The notes: generated by a model from the sequence alone, not told the origin. Shown: positions 10,014-24,543, numbered from the stretch's first letter. The stretch is 64,000 nucleotides of DNA from Octopus bimaculoides (GCF_001194135.2 NC_068994.1:869534-933533); one strand, 5' to 3'. Made by a program: numbers and translations.

Positions 10014-11424
10014 CTGCTTTCTTTGTAAGTCCAGTGGTGATAGGGGAAAGATGTAATGGGGACAAGTAGAAAATACTACTGGAAGCTTCAGCTTTGACCC
10101 TGCTCAAAGGCAGCTGTAGAGTGATGGTCCAGTAGCTGTGTCTTGTTGAACCTTTGTTCATTGAAGCAACAAGAGAGTCCACACCCAACAACATTACCAG
10201 GTTAATCTATATCCTATAACACGATCATGACAATATATACCCAATGACACACAATGTCATGGTGCAGTGTGATAAACACTGTAAAGGCAGGCAGTTTTAA
10301 GTTTTAGAGAACTATTGTTGTTTGTTTTCCTGCTAAAATATTTACATTGATATTAATGGGAGTAGTAAAAAATAAAAATATAAACAGTATGAACTTGTGA
10401 AATTTGAATTCAGATTGTCTTTGGTTTGTGGAATTGAATATTATAAGTTTACTATTTGTTTCTGCAAGCTCCATCTCCTAAAGAAGACAATCCCTCTTTC
10501 AACTGGAACAGTACAACAAAGGTATTTTTGCTATTAATTTGCATGGGACATAGTTACAATGCTGACTTTTGAGAAGTTTCTCAAATTTGAAAGAAGGTGG
10601 ATGAAGGAGGATGACTCAGCTTTCTATTTGACTTTTTCCTCACTTTATTTCCTATGAGTAGCCTTTCAATAGATTTTCAGTATAATCAATATCTTGGAGA
10701 GGTTTAGTTAAATAACTGTAATTTTGTATATTGGTGTATTAGTGTGCATGTACCCCCCGCCACTCTATTTTATATATATATACATACATACATACATACA
10801 TACATACGCATTCTTGGTGTTGGCCAGTAGGGGCATAATAATTAACTTTATTGTCCAAATGAAATCTCATAATGTCATTCATGTAGTAATGAGGTTTTGA
10901 TTGAGATTTGAATTAAATATGAATATTTTAGCATGACCTGTCTCAGCTAAGTTGGTATGAAAAAGAAGTTTTAAATTTATTCTTATTTGGATGAATCTAG
11001 AAAATTGTGTCGTATTTATTTTTAAAAAACCTTCATTGATTTTAGTGTCTTCTTTTCATATATTCCTATATTTAGTTAGGGAAATATGGTTTGCCTGGCA
11101 AAGGGTTGACTGGAAATTAAAATTTTTCCATTGCAACACTAAAGAATCAGTATTATTTAGTTTTTATTATAAGAGACTGGTGATAGCACATACAGCTTGA
11201 CTCATCTTGTCTTTCTGTTTTTTAGTAACAATCTGACTTTGTGCTGAATTTGAATTACTTCACCAATAGTGATTATATTCATGGAGAAATTTGGTATTGT
11301 TTAAAAGATTCTTCATGTGTCTTAAATGCGTTGAGAATAATGTCAACTCTTTGTTACTAAAGATTGCATCTTTAAAAAATTAGGTAATTCATATATTCTT
11401 ATATTTATATCTTTACTGATTCTG

Positions 11425-11458
<34 letters not shown>

Positions 11459-12517
11459 ATTTACAGTTGCTGATGAAATAAAATAGGTGCAAAGTTTTTA
11501 ATTTGTGAGATTTAATTAACTGTTGATAAATTATTTTTGATAAATATTTGTAAACTGTTCAAAAAATAATGACCTGGTCTCAGTTTTGCAGTGAATTCTT
11601 CTTGTTAAATGAGACTCCTTGTAGAAAAGACCCAACAATATATTGAATTATTCTGCTTCAAGTTCCCTTTCCAGTTGCATCAATTGGAGAGAAAGCTGAA
11701 TAAACATTCCTTGCATTATCAGACAAAAGATACTTGTCTTGTTCTACTCTATTGCATCTAACTATTAATTAACAGTTAAGTTGAGGGAATTGTGCCATAG
11801 AGAGAGAAAGGGAGAGAAAGAGAGAGAGAGAGAGAGAGACTAACAAGTGTTTTACTAACAGTAGCAGACAGCCAATAGCTGTGTGTGTGTGTATATAAAA
11901 CTGCTCAGTTTTAATCATTTCTATAAGAGTATAGAGTCAATGTACAAATAATTATAATTTTGTTGCCAATTTGTGTGGTTAGTGTAATTGTAGCTGGTTG
12001 CAGACTTGCTTTTGCAGCATCTTCAATCTGAGATAATCAATGAATGAAAACTAAGTTCATAAAATAATCTATAAATAGAGGGATCAGTGTGTGCTGTGTA
12101 AGGGAGTGTCTGTGTATTGTGGATGAACTATCAGGTGTCTTACAATATTGCCACTCACACATGGTCCGCCAGCAGACTTTCATCCTACTACTGATGATGT
12201 ATCACAGATTAATGACTCTACTCTGTCATGGGATCCTTGCTCCACCATTGAGCACTGTTGTACACTGGTCTTTACTGCTCTACATTGTACCCTGTTCTAT
12301 CATTGTACCCTGTTGCATGGCTCACAGAATCTTTCTTTGGAAAGTGAATTTTATTATTTTCTATAATCTTCCTCCTTCCTGCTCCTCTTCCAATAACATT
12401 ACTCTCTAAGGGCAACTCTTACTGCTACAGTTACATCTGCTCCTTGTTTCGCTCCCAATTCCACTCTACTTACAATTCCTCTGATAGTGTTCTTCCAGCC
12501 ATCATTAACCACTTCAC

Positions 12518-12624
<107 letters not shown>

Positions 12625-13804
12625 ATATATATATATGACCAAAACCAGCCATCTTAAACAGCTACCTTTTCCATCAGTTGCAACCCCCACCCCATTTCTC
12701 TCTTCTTGGACAATATTCTCATTGAAGATTGCTGTCGGTTTCGTTAGTCTTTACTGGGTTCTTATAATGTTATGTCTCTCATTTCTCATAATTAACTTTG
12801 GCTCAAATTGTTTCCCATCTTTCCATTTTCACTAAATTGAACTGTTGTTGTTTAGCCCCAAGTCATGTCTAGTCAAGGGAGCTGCGATCAGTGGCATTCC
12901 AACTAAACTATCTTTTACTCAGACACAGAATATCTAAAATTACATTGTCAACTGTATTGTTCCTTGATAGAGGTAGAAGGGAAATTTAGCTGCTATTCTT
13001 ATTTTGCTGAGGAAACCTTGTTAGCCATAGTTGATTTGATCAGTGGTTAATGTAAATATTGCTAATGTAGTAATTAGCTGTTTTATTCGTATGATGGATT
13101 TAAAATAAAGTTGGTAGATCTGTGGCTGAAAGATGTTGTGGTGTGCAGTTGTATCCCTTTATGTTTTGATTTAAAACCCTGTTGAGGGTCAGTTTACTTA
13201 ATGCCACCTTCTCGAGTTGGATGAAATAAAACCAGCCCTGAGAGATCTAGGTTAACTGTGGCTCCGTTAAATGTTGTCGGTAGAATGGCTATTGTTTTGC
13301 TTTGTTCTGAGTTCAAATCTTATCTTTGCTGTTCATTTCTGCCAGGTCTGATCAGATGTGGAGACATGCACCATTTTCAATGTGTATTTACTATTATTCT
13401 GCCCTTTCACTACATTTCTAACCATATCCAGATGGTGGTCAGTGGTGTTGATGGCATTGGTCAAACCTCATTAAACTGACCCATATTAGTTTGTCATGCA
13501 CTTCAATCCCTAGTGTTCCTCATAAATCCGAACAGAGAACCATACAAAAGAGTGCAGTGTGGCAGTGGAGGCAGGTGCTACACACTCTGCTCCTCATTCC
13601 TCCATTTGGAAGTCTTGGTAGTAGCTATAGCTGAGGTTTAGGGTTAGGGTTAGAGTGCAATAGTTGTTATCTTGCTTGTTAGTGTGCCTCCTGGTAGATT
13701 GGTGATGATTGAGGTGGTGCTTGTCTCATTCATGGTCACTCCCAATCATGTATTGCTTACTGATGTTGTTATTTTTGTAGGTATTTAAGAAAATTTTGTC
13801 TGGG

Positions 13805-13866
13805 CTGAATAGGAGAGAGAATGCTGAATAGGAGAGAGAATAGGAGAGAGAATAGGAGAGAGAATG
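13805..13866. repeat. 12-bp tandem repeat (GAATAGGAGAGA)n
   Basis: Four copies, one extended by ATGCT. Confidence 0.9.
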
Positions 13867-15634
13867 CTTTCAGGGGAGTGTTGCAGTAGGGTTCTTGTGT
13901 GTTGCAGTAGGGTTTCATTTGCAACTGTGTTTGCTGAAGCATGTTGCAGCAACAAACTGTTCTTTTATTTGGATGCTACCTTACGTGGTGGATATGTAGA
14001 AATTTAGGTAAAATTTCTCTGCCTTTTCCTCATCATCATCATCATCATCATCATCCAAATAAATGTTACAGTGGGATTGTTTTTGCCTGCCACTACACTA
14101 GATATTGTTGAATATTTTGTATTTAGATAAGTTCTTTTAAACAAACATTTTGGTCTGCTGGGATTAAAATGCCTGCCACTACCAACCACCACCATCACTG
14201 CCACCGCCACCACCACAACCACCGCCACCACTGTTCTTATTTCCAGCTGTAACAAGTATTGAATGCTCCATTAACTCTGCTCTATAGTATTACCTTTAAA
14301 CACACTTAACTAAAAATTTCTTTATTGGATTTTAGTGAGAATAGCAGATTATGTAATGTCTGGCTTTTATAAACTCCTTGCAGCCATTAGCTATGTAGTA
14401 ATTTGTGTGTGTGTACATGTGCATGCACACACACACACACACACACACACACAATGTGTGTATGCATGCATCAACAATGGAGGACAAATGAGCTGTAAGA
14501 GAAAATTACATATTAGAGGAATTAAATGGTGAAATATATAAGAGAAGACTACTAGTAGGGGTCTGTGTTTTGTATGATGGATGACAGCTGTAGAAAGAAG
14601 TGCAGAGCATTCAAAGTTGATGGAAACTGTGGAAGAAGAAAGTCAAGTAGACTTCAGGTTATTAACTTTAAAAAGGAGAAAAAAAAAAAAAATTATTAGT
14701 TAAGAAAGATGACAGTGCTTCTGACTGTCTGTGGGGTTGCTAAGGCTGGTGGCAAACAGAAAGGAAGTTATCTTGAAACCTGAAATCTGGCCCAAATGCT
14801 GAGTGGACTCTACTAAAGGTGTGTTAAGTGTTGGTGGTGTGACGCTAGGTTGAATTGGACTCATCCTAGGCTGTAGATGCTTGCAGAGGAAATGAGAAAA
14901 GATGAAGATATTTGGCCAGATGCAGTGCCAGGGAAAGGCCTTGAGCATAGCAAAGTGAATGGACATTTAGAAATTGGTGGGCATGATGGAGAAGCTGGAA
15001 GGCCTCTACATTTAGGTTTCTTGTCCAGTGGTCTCAATGTTTACACATCTGCTGTCTTGCTTCACTCATTTCTCATCCTTCTTCTCTCCTCTCTCTCTAT
15101 CACTCAACTATTCATTGTACTATGTTGCCAAGGTCACTAAGGATGGCAGCAGATCTTGTACGCTTACTGTGCTGTAGTGTCAGTGCAATTGAGGATGGCC
15201 TTAGCCCTGCATGGCCCACCCATCTTTTATGACATTCACTCTCCTATTCATCATCATACCATGTGATGAAAGTTGGTCTTGTAACCATTTCACATTAACA
15301 ACCCACCATGATGAAATGCATTCAGTTGGTTCTGTAAAGCAGTTAGTGATGATGATGATGATGATGATGGTGATGGGAGGACATGCAGGTCAACATGTAA
15401 TGTAGCAGTGTGTGACATGGTCTTTGACCTAAGAGAACAGTAGCATTGAATAAGAAATGTGATAATCCATTTAACCCATGCCAGCATGGAAAGTGTATGT
15501 GTGAAATAATGGTGATTGGGTGTGTGAAGTATAAAAGAATGGTCCAGCCTGTTCAAGTAGGTTTTATCTGTAATGTTTCCATCAATGAAGAAAGCTCTTT
15601 AAACTCATGCTGACAACAACTCTATTATTTACTT

Positions 15635-15690
<56 letters not shown>

Positions 15691-16084
15691 TGCAAGCGTG
15701 CATTCATTTTTGCTAACATTTGCACCACTTCTCTGAAAATGCTTCAGCTTCAAGCAGTGATAGTGTTGTCATTTCCCCAGCTAATGAGTCATCTGGCTTT
15801 GCACCATGAATATGTGTGGAATAACAGGTTAGTGCTAGTGACAGGATGGGCATCTGACTGTAACCTATTTGTCTAAACCATGATAGACAAAGATGGCAGA
15901 AGTGTGAGAGCACTGGGTGAATGCTGGCAGCCAGGAGGAGTGGGCTAATACATCAAGAACATACAAGCCACTCCCTTTATTAACATTCTTTCTCTCTGCC
16001 ATGCTTACCTGAAATGGTGGGCTTTTCCAGTAAAACAATATCATTAAACACTGCAATCCTTCATCATTTATTTTGTGAGTTTCA

Positions 16085-16620
16085 GCAACTTGAGATGAGT
16101 TTTCACTACTTCACCCCCCATGTCTTGCTAGGTCTTCCTCTTCCATACATCCCTTCTACTTTGAATGCTTAGCACTGTTTTATGCAGCCACCATCGTACA
16201 TAGACATTACATGCCAAACCACTGAAAACTTCTTTTTCACAAAACTATATCTGATTCTTCTTGTTCACAAATTTCCCCTCACATCCTTATGCATGCTGCC
16301 ATTCACACACACGACACATTCAGTGGAGCATGTTCACCTCCTTTCTTTCTGAACTTTGCATGTCCTCGACACTCAGAGCCCAGCCTCATCATCAAGTAGC
16401 ATGGGACTTTACACACAACAATTTGCTCTTCATGTAGGAGAGACCTTTTGCTGCCAGCAGAGACAGTAATCTTTCTTTCAGTATAGCCCCACCAATTACT
16501 TTATCTCGGTAGCACAGACTATTGATTACTTCTGTAGGAACATTCTGAGCTGTTTGGAGAATCTATTTCCCAGGTACACTCCATTCTTAGTGCACTTGTA
16601 TAGCTGGATCACACAAAGAC
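16085..16620 (-). mobile_element. Old RTE LINE C-terminal fragment
   Basis: Reverse complement aligns by eye with 21850-22300 (GGTAGACC...AGGAAGACCT, TGGTATGG...CATGT, TCTGCTGG...AAAGGTCTCTC). Heavily decayed. Confidence 0.7.
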
Positions 16621-17976
16621 TCTAAAACATACACACATGCGTGCATACGTGCACACGCACACGTGCACACACACACACACACAGTATTTATGCGTGTGTA
16701 TGTTTTCATGTATGTATATCATCAATAATTTATACATCCACTTTTTCTCTCTGGTTATGGGTTGGATGAGACTTATTGAATCGTTATTCTACGGCCTGAT
16801 ACCCTTCCTATTGCTAACCCTTACCTGTTTGTCAAGTAATGTTTTCTATTCCTATGACCTTCACACATTACAGGATGTTGTTTACAGGACAGCTAAATAT
16901 ATCACCTGCTGTTGCCCATGTGAAAACGTGTGTCTGTGTGTGCGTGCATACAGTGAGAGAGAAGGAACAAGTTTCCATACAGTTTCCACTCATCACTTTC
17001 ACTTGTAAAGCATTGATTTACTGAAGGCTTTTGCAGATGACACTTGGCCAAGGAGTCATGCATTGGGATAGAACCCAAAACTTTGGAGTGGCAAAACAAA
17101 CTTCGATACCAGAGATCCATCCATACATCCCTCCCTCCCGCTCTCAATCCCTCCTTCCTGTTACATTCTTCATACTCTCTATATATGTTCTATTAATACA
17201 GAAAACAGAAATTAACGGTTGGCAATTTCAAGCTAATATTCATTTAAGTTTGCAGTAAAGAACAAGTTTGCATGAGACCTGCTGTTAGCAGCAGAATACG
17301 AGGCTGGTAGACTGTGTGTTTCTGTGTTGTAATAAACCCCCAAATATAACATATTGATTGTGTCTGCAGAGAAAACCTTACTCTACCACGACTGCATTGC
17401 TAGACAAGATAGTTGCTTTTTTTCTTTTCTTTTGTATCTTCATTCCGCTGATAGTATCTCTGCCAAGCTGTCTGAACAGAAGGGGCTATTTCTGTAGCAA
17501 CAATTAAATATTGTAGCTAGCAATAGTTAATAAGGCACCAGTTTCTATTACCAATACTTGATTGGGTATGTATTCATTGAATTTATTCACTGATGGGGTT
17601 CGACCACCACCTCCTGCCGCATATTCCTCAGCATCACTGGAGGGGTGACTAATTGTTTTGAACGATTCTGCCGAAGAATTTGGATCTATTAGTCTCTTAG
17701 CCAGCCAAGCAGTGTGCATCTGAGACAGTTGCAGACCCATTACCATTTTACTTATTTCAAACAATTTTAATTAGAAAATTACTATATTAAATGTAGTTTT
17801 AAAATTGTTTTGTCTGTTATTTAATCACTTATTTTCTTACATTTGTAATTAAAAAGGAATATTAAAAACAATTAGTGTGTTTTTGATTTAGCATCAGAGA
17901 AACTCTTCTTGTAAGCAGTGCAATAAATTGGCTGTTAAATATACAAAATATTAATCTAAATCTGTCCACCTCATTG

Positions 17977-18012
<36 letters not shown>

Positions 18013-18036
18013 TTATATATATATATATATATATAT

Positions 18037-18135
18037 AAGGATGAAAGACAAAGTTGACCTCAGTGGAATTTGAACTTAAAATGTAAAGACAGATGAAGAT
18101 GAAATGCTGCTAAGCATTTTGTCCAGCATGCCAAT
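18037..18135 (-). mobile_element. Family A SINE, partial
   Basis: GGATGAAAGACAAAGTTGACCTCAGTGGAATTTGAACTT...GCTAAGCATTTTGTCCAGCATGC. Confidence 0.8.
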
Positions 18136-19250
18136 TGCCACTATAATGATGATGATGATGCCAATGGCAGTGGAAAAGTAGTCACTTGTTGGTTGGTAAT
18201 TTGAGTGACAGTGAAAAAACTTGGTGAAAGGAAGTGATTTTCTTTGAGACTCAAATCCTGTATGGAATGTTGACAGAAATGAAAGTTTCACATGGTACAA
18301 TAATATTGTTGTCGTTGCATTGCTCTGGTAGATATAGCCACTCTGGCCTGATGGATAAGAAATAGTTAATGTTGTTTACTTAACACTGAAAGATATTTTA
18401 CTTCTAGAACACACGCACACATGCATGTGCACGCGCACACACACACGCTTATCACTTCAAAACTATAACAAATATTTCTTCATCGTTATTAAATACATTG
18501 TTCTACAGTAAGGAGAAAAAGTAGATAGAATATGTCCTTGTGTTGTCTAAAACCATACAATTGTGACTACGATAGACTGTGCCATACATCAACACTGTTG
18601 ATTATCATCAGTTTTATCGTATAACAATATTGATTACTGCCATCTAGTTTAGGTTGCTGTATTAGTCTACTAGTTAGTGAATAATTAATTAGTTAATTTG
18701 CAACCTATTACAACATTGCATACATATGACAGTATTATATAACAGTGTATAACAGATTTGTTTCATTATTATGTTGTGTTGCTCTCATTAAATTTATAAA
18801 TTTATACATATATATCTGTATGTAACATACATCTGTGTGTGTGTGTGTGTGTGTGTGTAGACATAATGATTTATTGATGTTTGAATCAACTGTCATAATG
18901 TTTAAAAATCTTAAAATTTAGAAATTGATTATATCTAAATCAGAATAAATGGATTATGTATAATCCACGAGATTGATATCAGGTTGAGGAAGTGTTGTTC
19001 TTCAGAAATATATGCTGGGCTCCCAATGACTAATTGAGTTTGACTACCTAATTAATTATGTCATCCATTGATTGTTCTGGGTGTGTTTCTGTGTGATATG
19101 TTGAAGTGGTTTGTGCAGGAATTAGATAGACGTCTTTAGCTCCTTTGATCAAACCCCTTCATTGACCAACACTTTAAATACCATTGAAAAAATTCTTTGC
19201 TATATCTAATTGGCCATATTCCACCTGTGAAGGTTGTAGTTTTGTGCCTA

Positions 19251-19322
19251 TATTAGACATCACCATTAGACATCATATATTAGACATCATCATTAGACAT
19301 CATATATTAGACATCACCATTA
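19251..19322. repeat. Short tandem array of TTAGACATCA units (alternating 13/15 bp, ~28-bp higher-order period)
   Basis: Five TTAGACATCA copies directly upstream of a SINE head. Confidence 0.9.
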
Positions 19323-19330
19323 TTACTATT

Positions 19331-19522
19331 TAAGGCAGCGAGCTGGCAGAATTTTCAGCATGCTGGGCAAAATGCTGAGCAGCGTTTCACGTGTCTTTAT
19401 GTTCTGAATTCAAATTCTGCTTGGGTCGATAAAATAAGTACCAGTCAAACACTGAGGCCAATGAAATTGACTGACCCCTCTCTCCTGAAATTGCTGACCT
19501 TGTGCTAAAATTTGAAACCATT
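19331..19522 (+). mobile_element. Family A SINE with internal deletion
   Basis: GCGAGCTGGCAGAA...CTGAATTCAAATT...GGGTCGATAAAATAAGTACCAG...CCTTGTGCTAAAATTTGAAAC. Confidence 0.85.
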
Positions 19523-19723
19523 ATCATCGTCATCATCATCATCATCATTATTATTATCATCATTTTTCAATTCTGTTCCCATTTCTTGCCAAGTGTCTTC
19601 CTGACACCTAGGGCAAGGAAACACACTGTATACATTGGTGGGCCATTAAAATAAACACACCAGATTGTTCATTTACAATGTCATGTGATAGAGAAAAAGG
19701 GGAAGAAAGACAGAGAAAAAGGA

Positions 19724-19765
<42 letters not shown>

Positions 19766-20377
19766 GCCAGTAGTTGGAACATTTGAATGATAGACACTAT
19801 ACATAACACACACACATGCAAAAATATAAATATTTGTTCTTTTCATTTCAAAATTATAAGTTGTTTAAAAAAAAAATGAATGGATTAAGTGTAGATGTAT
19901 TTCTATGCTTTTCTTTGTATATATATTTTGGTGTTTTGACTGTCCACTGATTTCTTTTTCGGTTGACTGACCACCTTGAGCTCCACTTTCATCATCTCAG
20001 CCACTGTACCTGATGAATCGTAGTCCTTTTCTATCTCCCTATCCATGACCATTGTGACCCTATACTTGCCCACTTTAGTACCTGCTCCCTCTGCTTCAAT
20101 AATTCCTTTTCTTCCAATACATTTCCTATATTCAGCAATCTCTCCTATCAACATTTGGAAATCACTTTCTTGTCTGCATTTGGAACACACTTTTCCCCAA
20201 TTTGTTCATGTGCCCTAACACACACACATTAGTCTCTACAGCGCATGCAGATACATATACCTATATCACACATATGCTTATTTGATCTCCATTTTTCCAT
20301 GCTTGCATGGGTTGGATGATTATGTTATTTGAGGTATTGTTTTATAGTCAGATGCTTTACCTGACACTGACCCTTAC

Positions 20378-20409
<32 letters not shown>

Positions 20410-21221
20410 CCCACTGTAAAACCTATCAATATCTGACCTTCATGCCATATATGCTGTTTTTGTATCTAATGCATACAAGCAATGAAATTATGTCAGTGAC
20501 CTCGTTTAGCTGTGCCATTAAACTGTTCAGTACTGTTAATAAATAGATGCAAAGTGAATTTAATAGTTTTTGTTGTTGTTCAACGGTTAAAGTTGGAGTT
20601 CCACTGATGTCATTGGTTCAGTTTCGTCATATGGTCTAAGATCAGTTCACTTGACAGAGAGTTCTAATCTCTCTCACACATATATGTAATTATATATCTA
20701 ATACCTCTTATGTAACAGTTTTCACAACTTATACTTAATAATGTAAGTGTACACTACAAGTAATATTATTTGGGACTGAGAATTAAGATTGAATCCTTTG
20801 AAAAATTTTCCATTTAGTCTGCTGGAGATTGTGCAGTCTAGAAAGACAAAGTAACATACTGAATGTAACCTTCATTTAATTTTAGTGTATTAAAATTAGT
20901 TAATAGTAGATGAAATTAGTAATGATGTCGTAATCTGTATTTTATAACTTATGAATGCATTAGCATTGTGTACCTTACTGCAGGAAGAGGTGATCAACTG
21001 AGAGAAACAGAATTATTATTGTTTAACTCTCATATCTGCTGATTATCACTTAGAATGTTAATGTTGGGCAGTTAATTATAGATTATCAGATAATTTACCA
21101 ACTGAGGTGTTGAGTTAGAAATCTTTACATTTGAAGTTTGTATCTCACTGAGGTAAGTTTTGCCTTTCCTCCATCTGGGGTTGATAAAATAAGCACCAGT
21201 CAAAATTTCTGACTTTGTGTC

Positions 21222-22966
21222 TCCAATGAGGAAACTAGGGATAGATGAATGGTTAGTGAGAGCTGTGCAAGCCATGTACAAGGATACTGTCAGTAAGGTG
21301 AGGGTGGGCAACGAGTACAGTGAAGAATTCCGGGTAGAGGTAGGGGTTAACCAAGGTTCAGTCCTCAGTCCCCTTCTATTTATCATAGTCCTCCAGGCAA
21401 TAACAGAGGAATTCAAGACAGGATGACCCTGGGAACTCCTCTATGCTGACGACCTTGCTCTAATTGCTGAGTCACTATCAGAACTAGAGGAGAAGTTTCA
21501 GGTGTGGAATCGAAGGGCCTTAGAGTCAACCTAGCCAAAACCAAAGTCCTTATAAGTAGGAAGGCAGACAAACCACAAACCCCTACAGGTAGATGGCCCT
21601 GCTCGATCTGTAGAAAAGGCGTAGGTAGAAACTCTATAAGATGTACCCAGTGTAAGCTATGGACACATAAGAGGTGCAGCAATATCAAAGCAAGGCTAAT
21701 CAGCAAGATAGTTTTTGTAGGTGGCAGATGCTCAGGAGCAATAAACACTGAAAATGTGCAGAAAACAACCTTTGCCACATTCCAGGGAGAAAAACTAGAA
21801 GTAGTTGATAGCTTCCGCTAACTAGGTGACCAAGTCAGTAGTGGGGGAGGGTGCGCTGAAAGTGTAGCTGCTAGAATAAGAATAGCCTGGGCAAAGTTCA
21901 GGGAGCTCCTACCTCTGCTGGTGACAAGGGGCTTCTCGCTCAGAGTAAAAGGCAGACTGTATGACGCATGTGTACGAACAGCCATGCTACATGGCAGTGA
22001 AACATGTGCCGTGACTGCTGAGGGCATGCGTAGGCTAGCAAGGAATGAAGCCAGTATGCTCCGATGGATGTGTAATGTCAGTGTGCATACTAGACAGAGT
22101 GTAAGTACCTTGAGAGAAAAGTTGAACCTAAGAAGCATCAGATGTGGTGTGCAAGAGAGATGAAGCGCTGGTATGGTCATGTGGTGAGAATGGATGAGGA
22201 TAGCTGTGTGAAAAAGTGCCAGACCCTAGCAGTTGAGGGAACCTGTGAACGAGGTAGACCCAGGAAGACCTGGGATGAGGTGGTGAAGCACGACCTTTGA
22301 ACATTAGACCTCACCAAAGCTATGACTAGTGACCGAGACCTTTGGAAATATGCATTGCGTGAGAAGACCCGGCAAGCCAAGTGAGACAATGACCCGTGGC
22401 CAGGGGTGTAACCAGCCCACTTATGTGTACCTTTCTTTCATTGGACTCTAAACTCTGCTTGCGAAGACCTGTTGAGGCAAGTGAAATCGAAATCAAATCA
22501 AATTGGCAAATTCGATGACTGGCACCTATGCCAGTGGAGCGCTAAGAACACCATCCGAGTGTGAATGCTGCCAGAGCAGCTGACTGGCTTCTATGCCAGT
22601 GGCATGTAAAAAGCACCATTCGAACGTGATCATTACCAGCATTACCTTACTGGCACGTGAAAAAACATTTGAGCGAGGTCGTTGCCAGTGCTGTTGGATG
22701 GCTCCTGTGCAGGTGGCATGTAAAAAACACTACTTGAGCGTGGCCGTTGCCAGTACCGCCTGACTGGCCCAAATGCTGGTGGCACATAAAAGCACCCACT
22801 ACATTCTCAAAGTGGTTGGCGTTAGGAAGGGCATCCAGCTGTAGAAACTCTGCTAGATCAGATTGGAGTCTGCTGCAGCCATCTGGTTCGCCAGCCATCA
22901 GTCAAATCGTCCAACCCATGCTAGCATGGAAAGCAGACGTTAAACAACAACAATGATGATGATGAT
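21222..22966 (+). mobile_element. 5'-truncated RTE-clade LINE: RT domain, PHD-like insertion, 3' UTR and (GAT)n tail; inactivated
   Basis: VGVNQGSVLSPLLFIIVL...ELLYADDL...KGLRVNLAKTKVL...LYDACVRTAMLHGSET...RWYGHVVRM...RGRPRKTW. Several stops and frameshifts. Ends GACGTTAAAC...GATGATGATGAT. Preceded by a family A SINE fragment at 21138-21208. Confidence 0.96.
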
Positions 22967-23225
22967 ACAATATTAAGGATTTGAATGAATCAGGTACTTA
23001 AATGAAAGGCACCAGGTTGAGTCAAATTAACTTATCATGGGTACCAAAGTACATCCAGTGAAATATTCAGGTTATATGTACAGAGAATTGAGCCCTTATG
23101 AGTATTTTAATAGCCTATGGGCTAATCCAAAAGTATACATTGTATTGATCATACTGTATTTGGTGTACTTCAGAATGTCCAACAGGTTGGGAATCCAGTG
23201 AGGTGTATTATGAACAAATAAATAA

Positions 23226-23260
23226 CAAATGATGGATAAGTGTCACTTATCCATCATTTG
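23226..23260. repeat. Perfect palindrome, 17-bp arms with 1-nt spacer
   Basis: CAAATGATGGATAAGTG-T-CACTTATCCATCATTTG. Confidence 0.95.
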
Positions 23261-23302
23261 CTATATATCATCATCATGATGATGATGATATATATATATA
23301 TA

Positions 23303-23505
23303 NNNNNNNNNNNNNNNNNNNNNNNNNNNNNNNNNNNNNNNNNNNNNNNNNNNNNNNNNNNNNNNNNNNNNNNNNNNNNNNNNNNNNNNNNNNNNNNNNN
23401 NNNNNNNNNNNNNNNNNNNNNNNNNNNNNNNNNNNNNNNNNNNNNNNNNNNNNNNNNNNNNNNNNNNNNNNNNNNNNNNNNNNNNNNNNNNNNNNNNNNN
23501 NNNNN
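23303..23505. other. Assembly gap (N run)
   Basis: Ns within (AT)n. Confidence 1.
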
Positions 23506-23540
<35 letters not shown>

Positions 23541-24363
23541 CACTTAGATACTTTAGGTTTTGGCCAGAAGACATTTAATTATGTTTCATGCTACAGTCAC
23601 ACTTTGGGTACCATTGCCCATACAGATAAAGAGTTATTGTGTGTAGAGATATATGCATATATATGCATATATGCATATATAGGTAGTTTATCTGGAATTT
23701 GTTAAAGGAATTCATTGAAGAACCATGTGAATGTTTTGAGGTTTTTTTCTCTTTCCCTTATGATTGTTGGCATGATGTTAAAGAGAGTAGGGCCAGTTGA
23801 GGTGAAATAGTTGTCTTAAGTTTTGTGATGTGAGCATGATTCTTGTAGAGAATAGATGGCATGGGGATCAAACCTTGGGTAAATTTTGAAGTCAGTGCTA
23901 ACATCAGTTTGGTAGTCATGATGAAATATTTTTCACATCATACAAATGTTACAGCACCCGTGGTGATAGTGCAGGGAGTAGAGATTGAGCTTCTTGAGCG
24001 AAACCCAGTAACCAAAACCTGCTATGTCATCAATTTTTCTGTGATTGATCTCTGGAATGCTTCAGTTTTTATAATACATATGTAAGTGTGTATATGAATG
24101 TTTATGTTTGTGTAGGGGTGGGGGTGCATGTATATACACATTTATGTGTGTGCATGTATATATATATGTGTGTATGCATGCATGCACCCATACATACACA
24201 AGGTGGCAGATAGTACCTTTAAGTGTAGTTACTGCATCTGGGATTGTCACTTGTGTTGGTGTCTGCAATTGACACGACTCTGCCAACGAGATCAAAGCAT
24301 GACGTTCCAGGTGCAGACTCATGGTTTTGTGAAGACTAATTCATCCAGTGTGTATATGTATAA

Positions 24364-24394
<31 letters not shown>

Positions 24395-24488
24395 AAACCT
24401 CTCTCTCTATGTATGTGTCTGTTATATATATATAAAACAATAGACACACACTAATACATACATACATATATATATATATACTTACTTG

Positions 24489-24543
<55 letters not shown>

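Noticed and set aside
11872-11920. CCAAT...TATATAAAA...TCATTT promoter-like arrangement
   Set aside because: The TATA arises at the end of a (GT)n/(AT) repeat, TATA-to-Inr spacing is short (~23 nt), and such motifs are frequent in AT-rich DNA.
13635-13655. TTAGGG telomere-like repeats (also ~41893)
   Set aside because: Only about two units; expected by chance.
15967-16049. Strong minus-strand donor CAG|GTAAGC at ~16008 with a 42-nt open segment (FNDIVLLEKPTIS)
   Set aside because: The acceptor lacks a pyrimidine tract and no neighbouring exons can be linked. Similar micro-exon look-alikes at ~33315 and ~58000 were also dropped.
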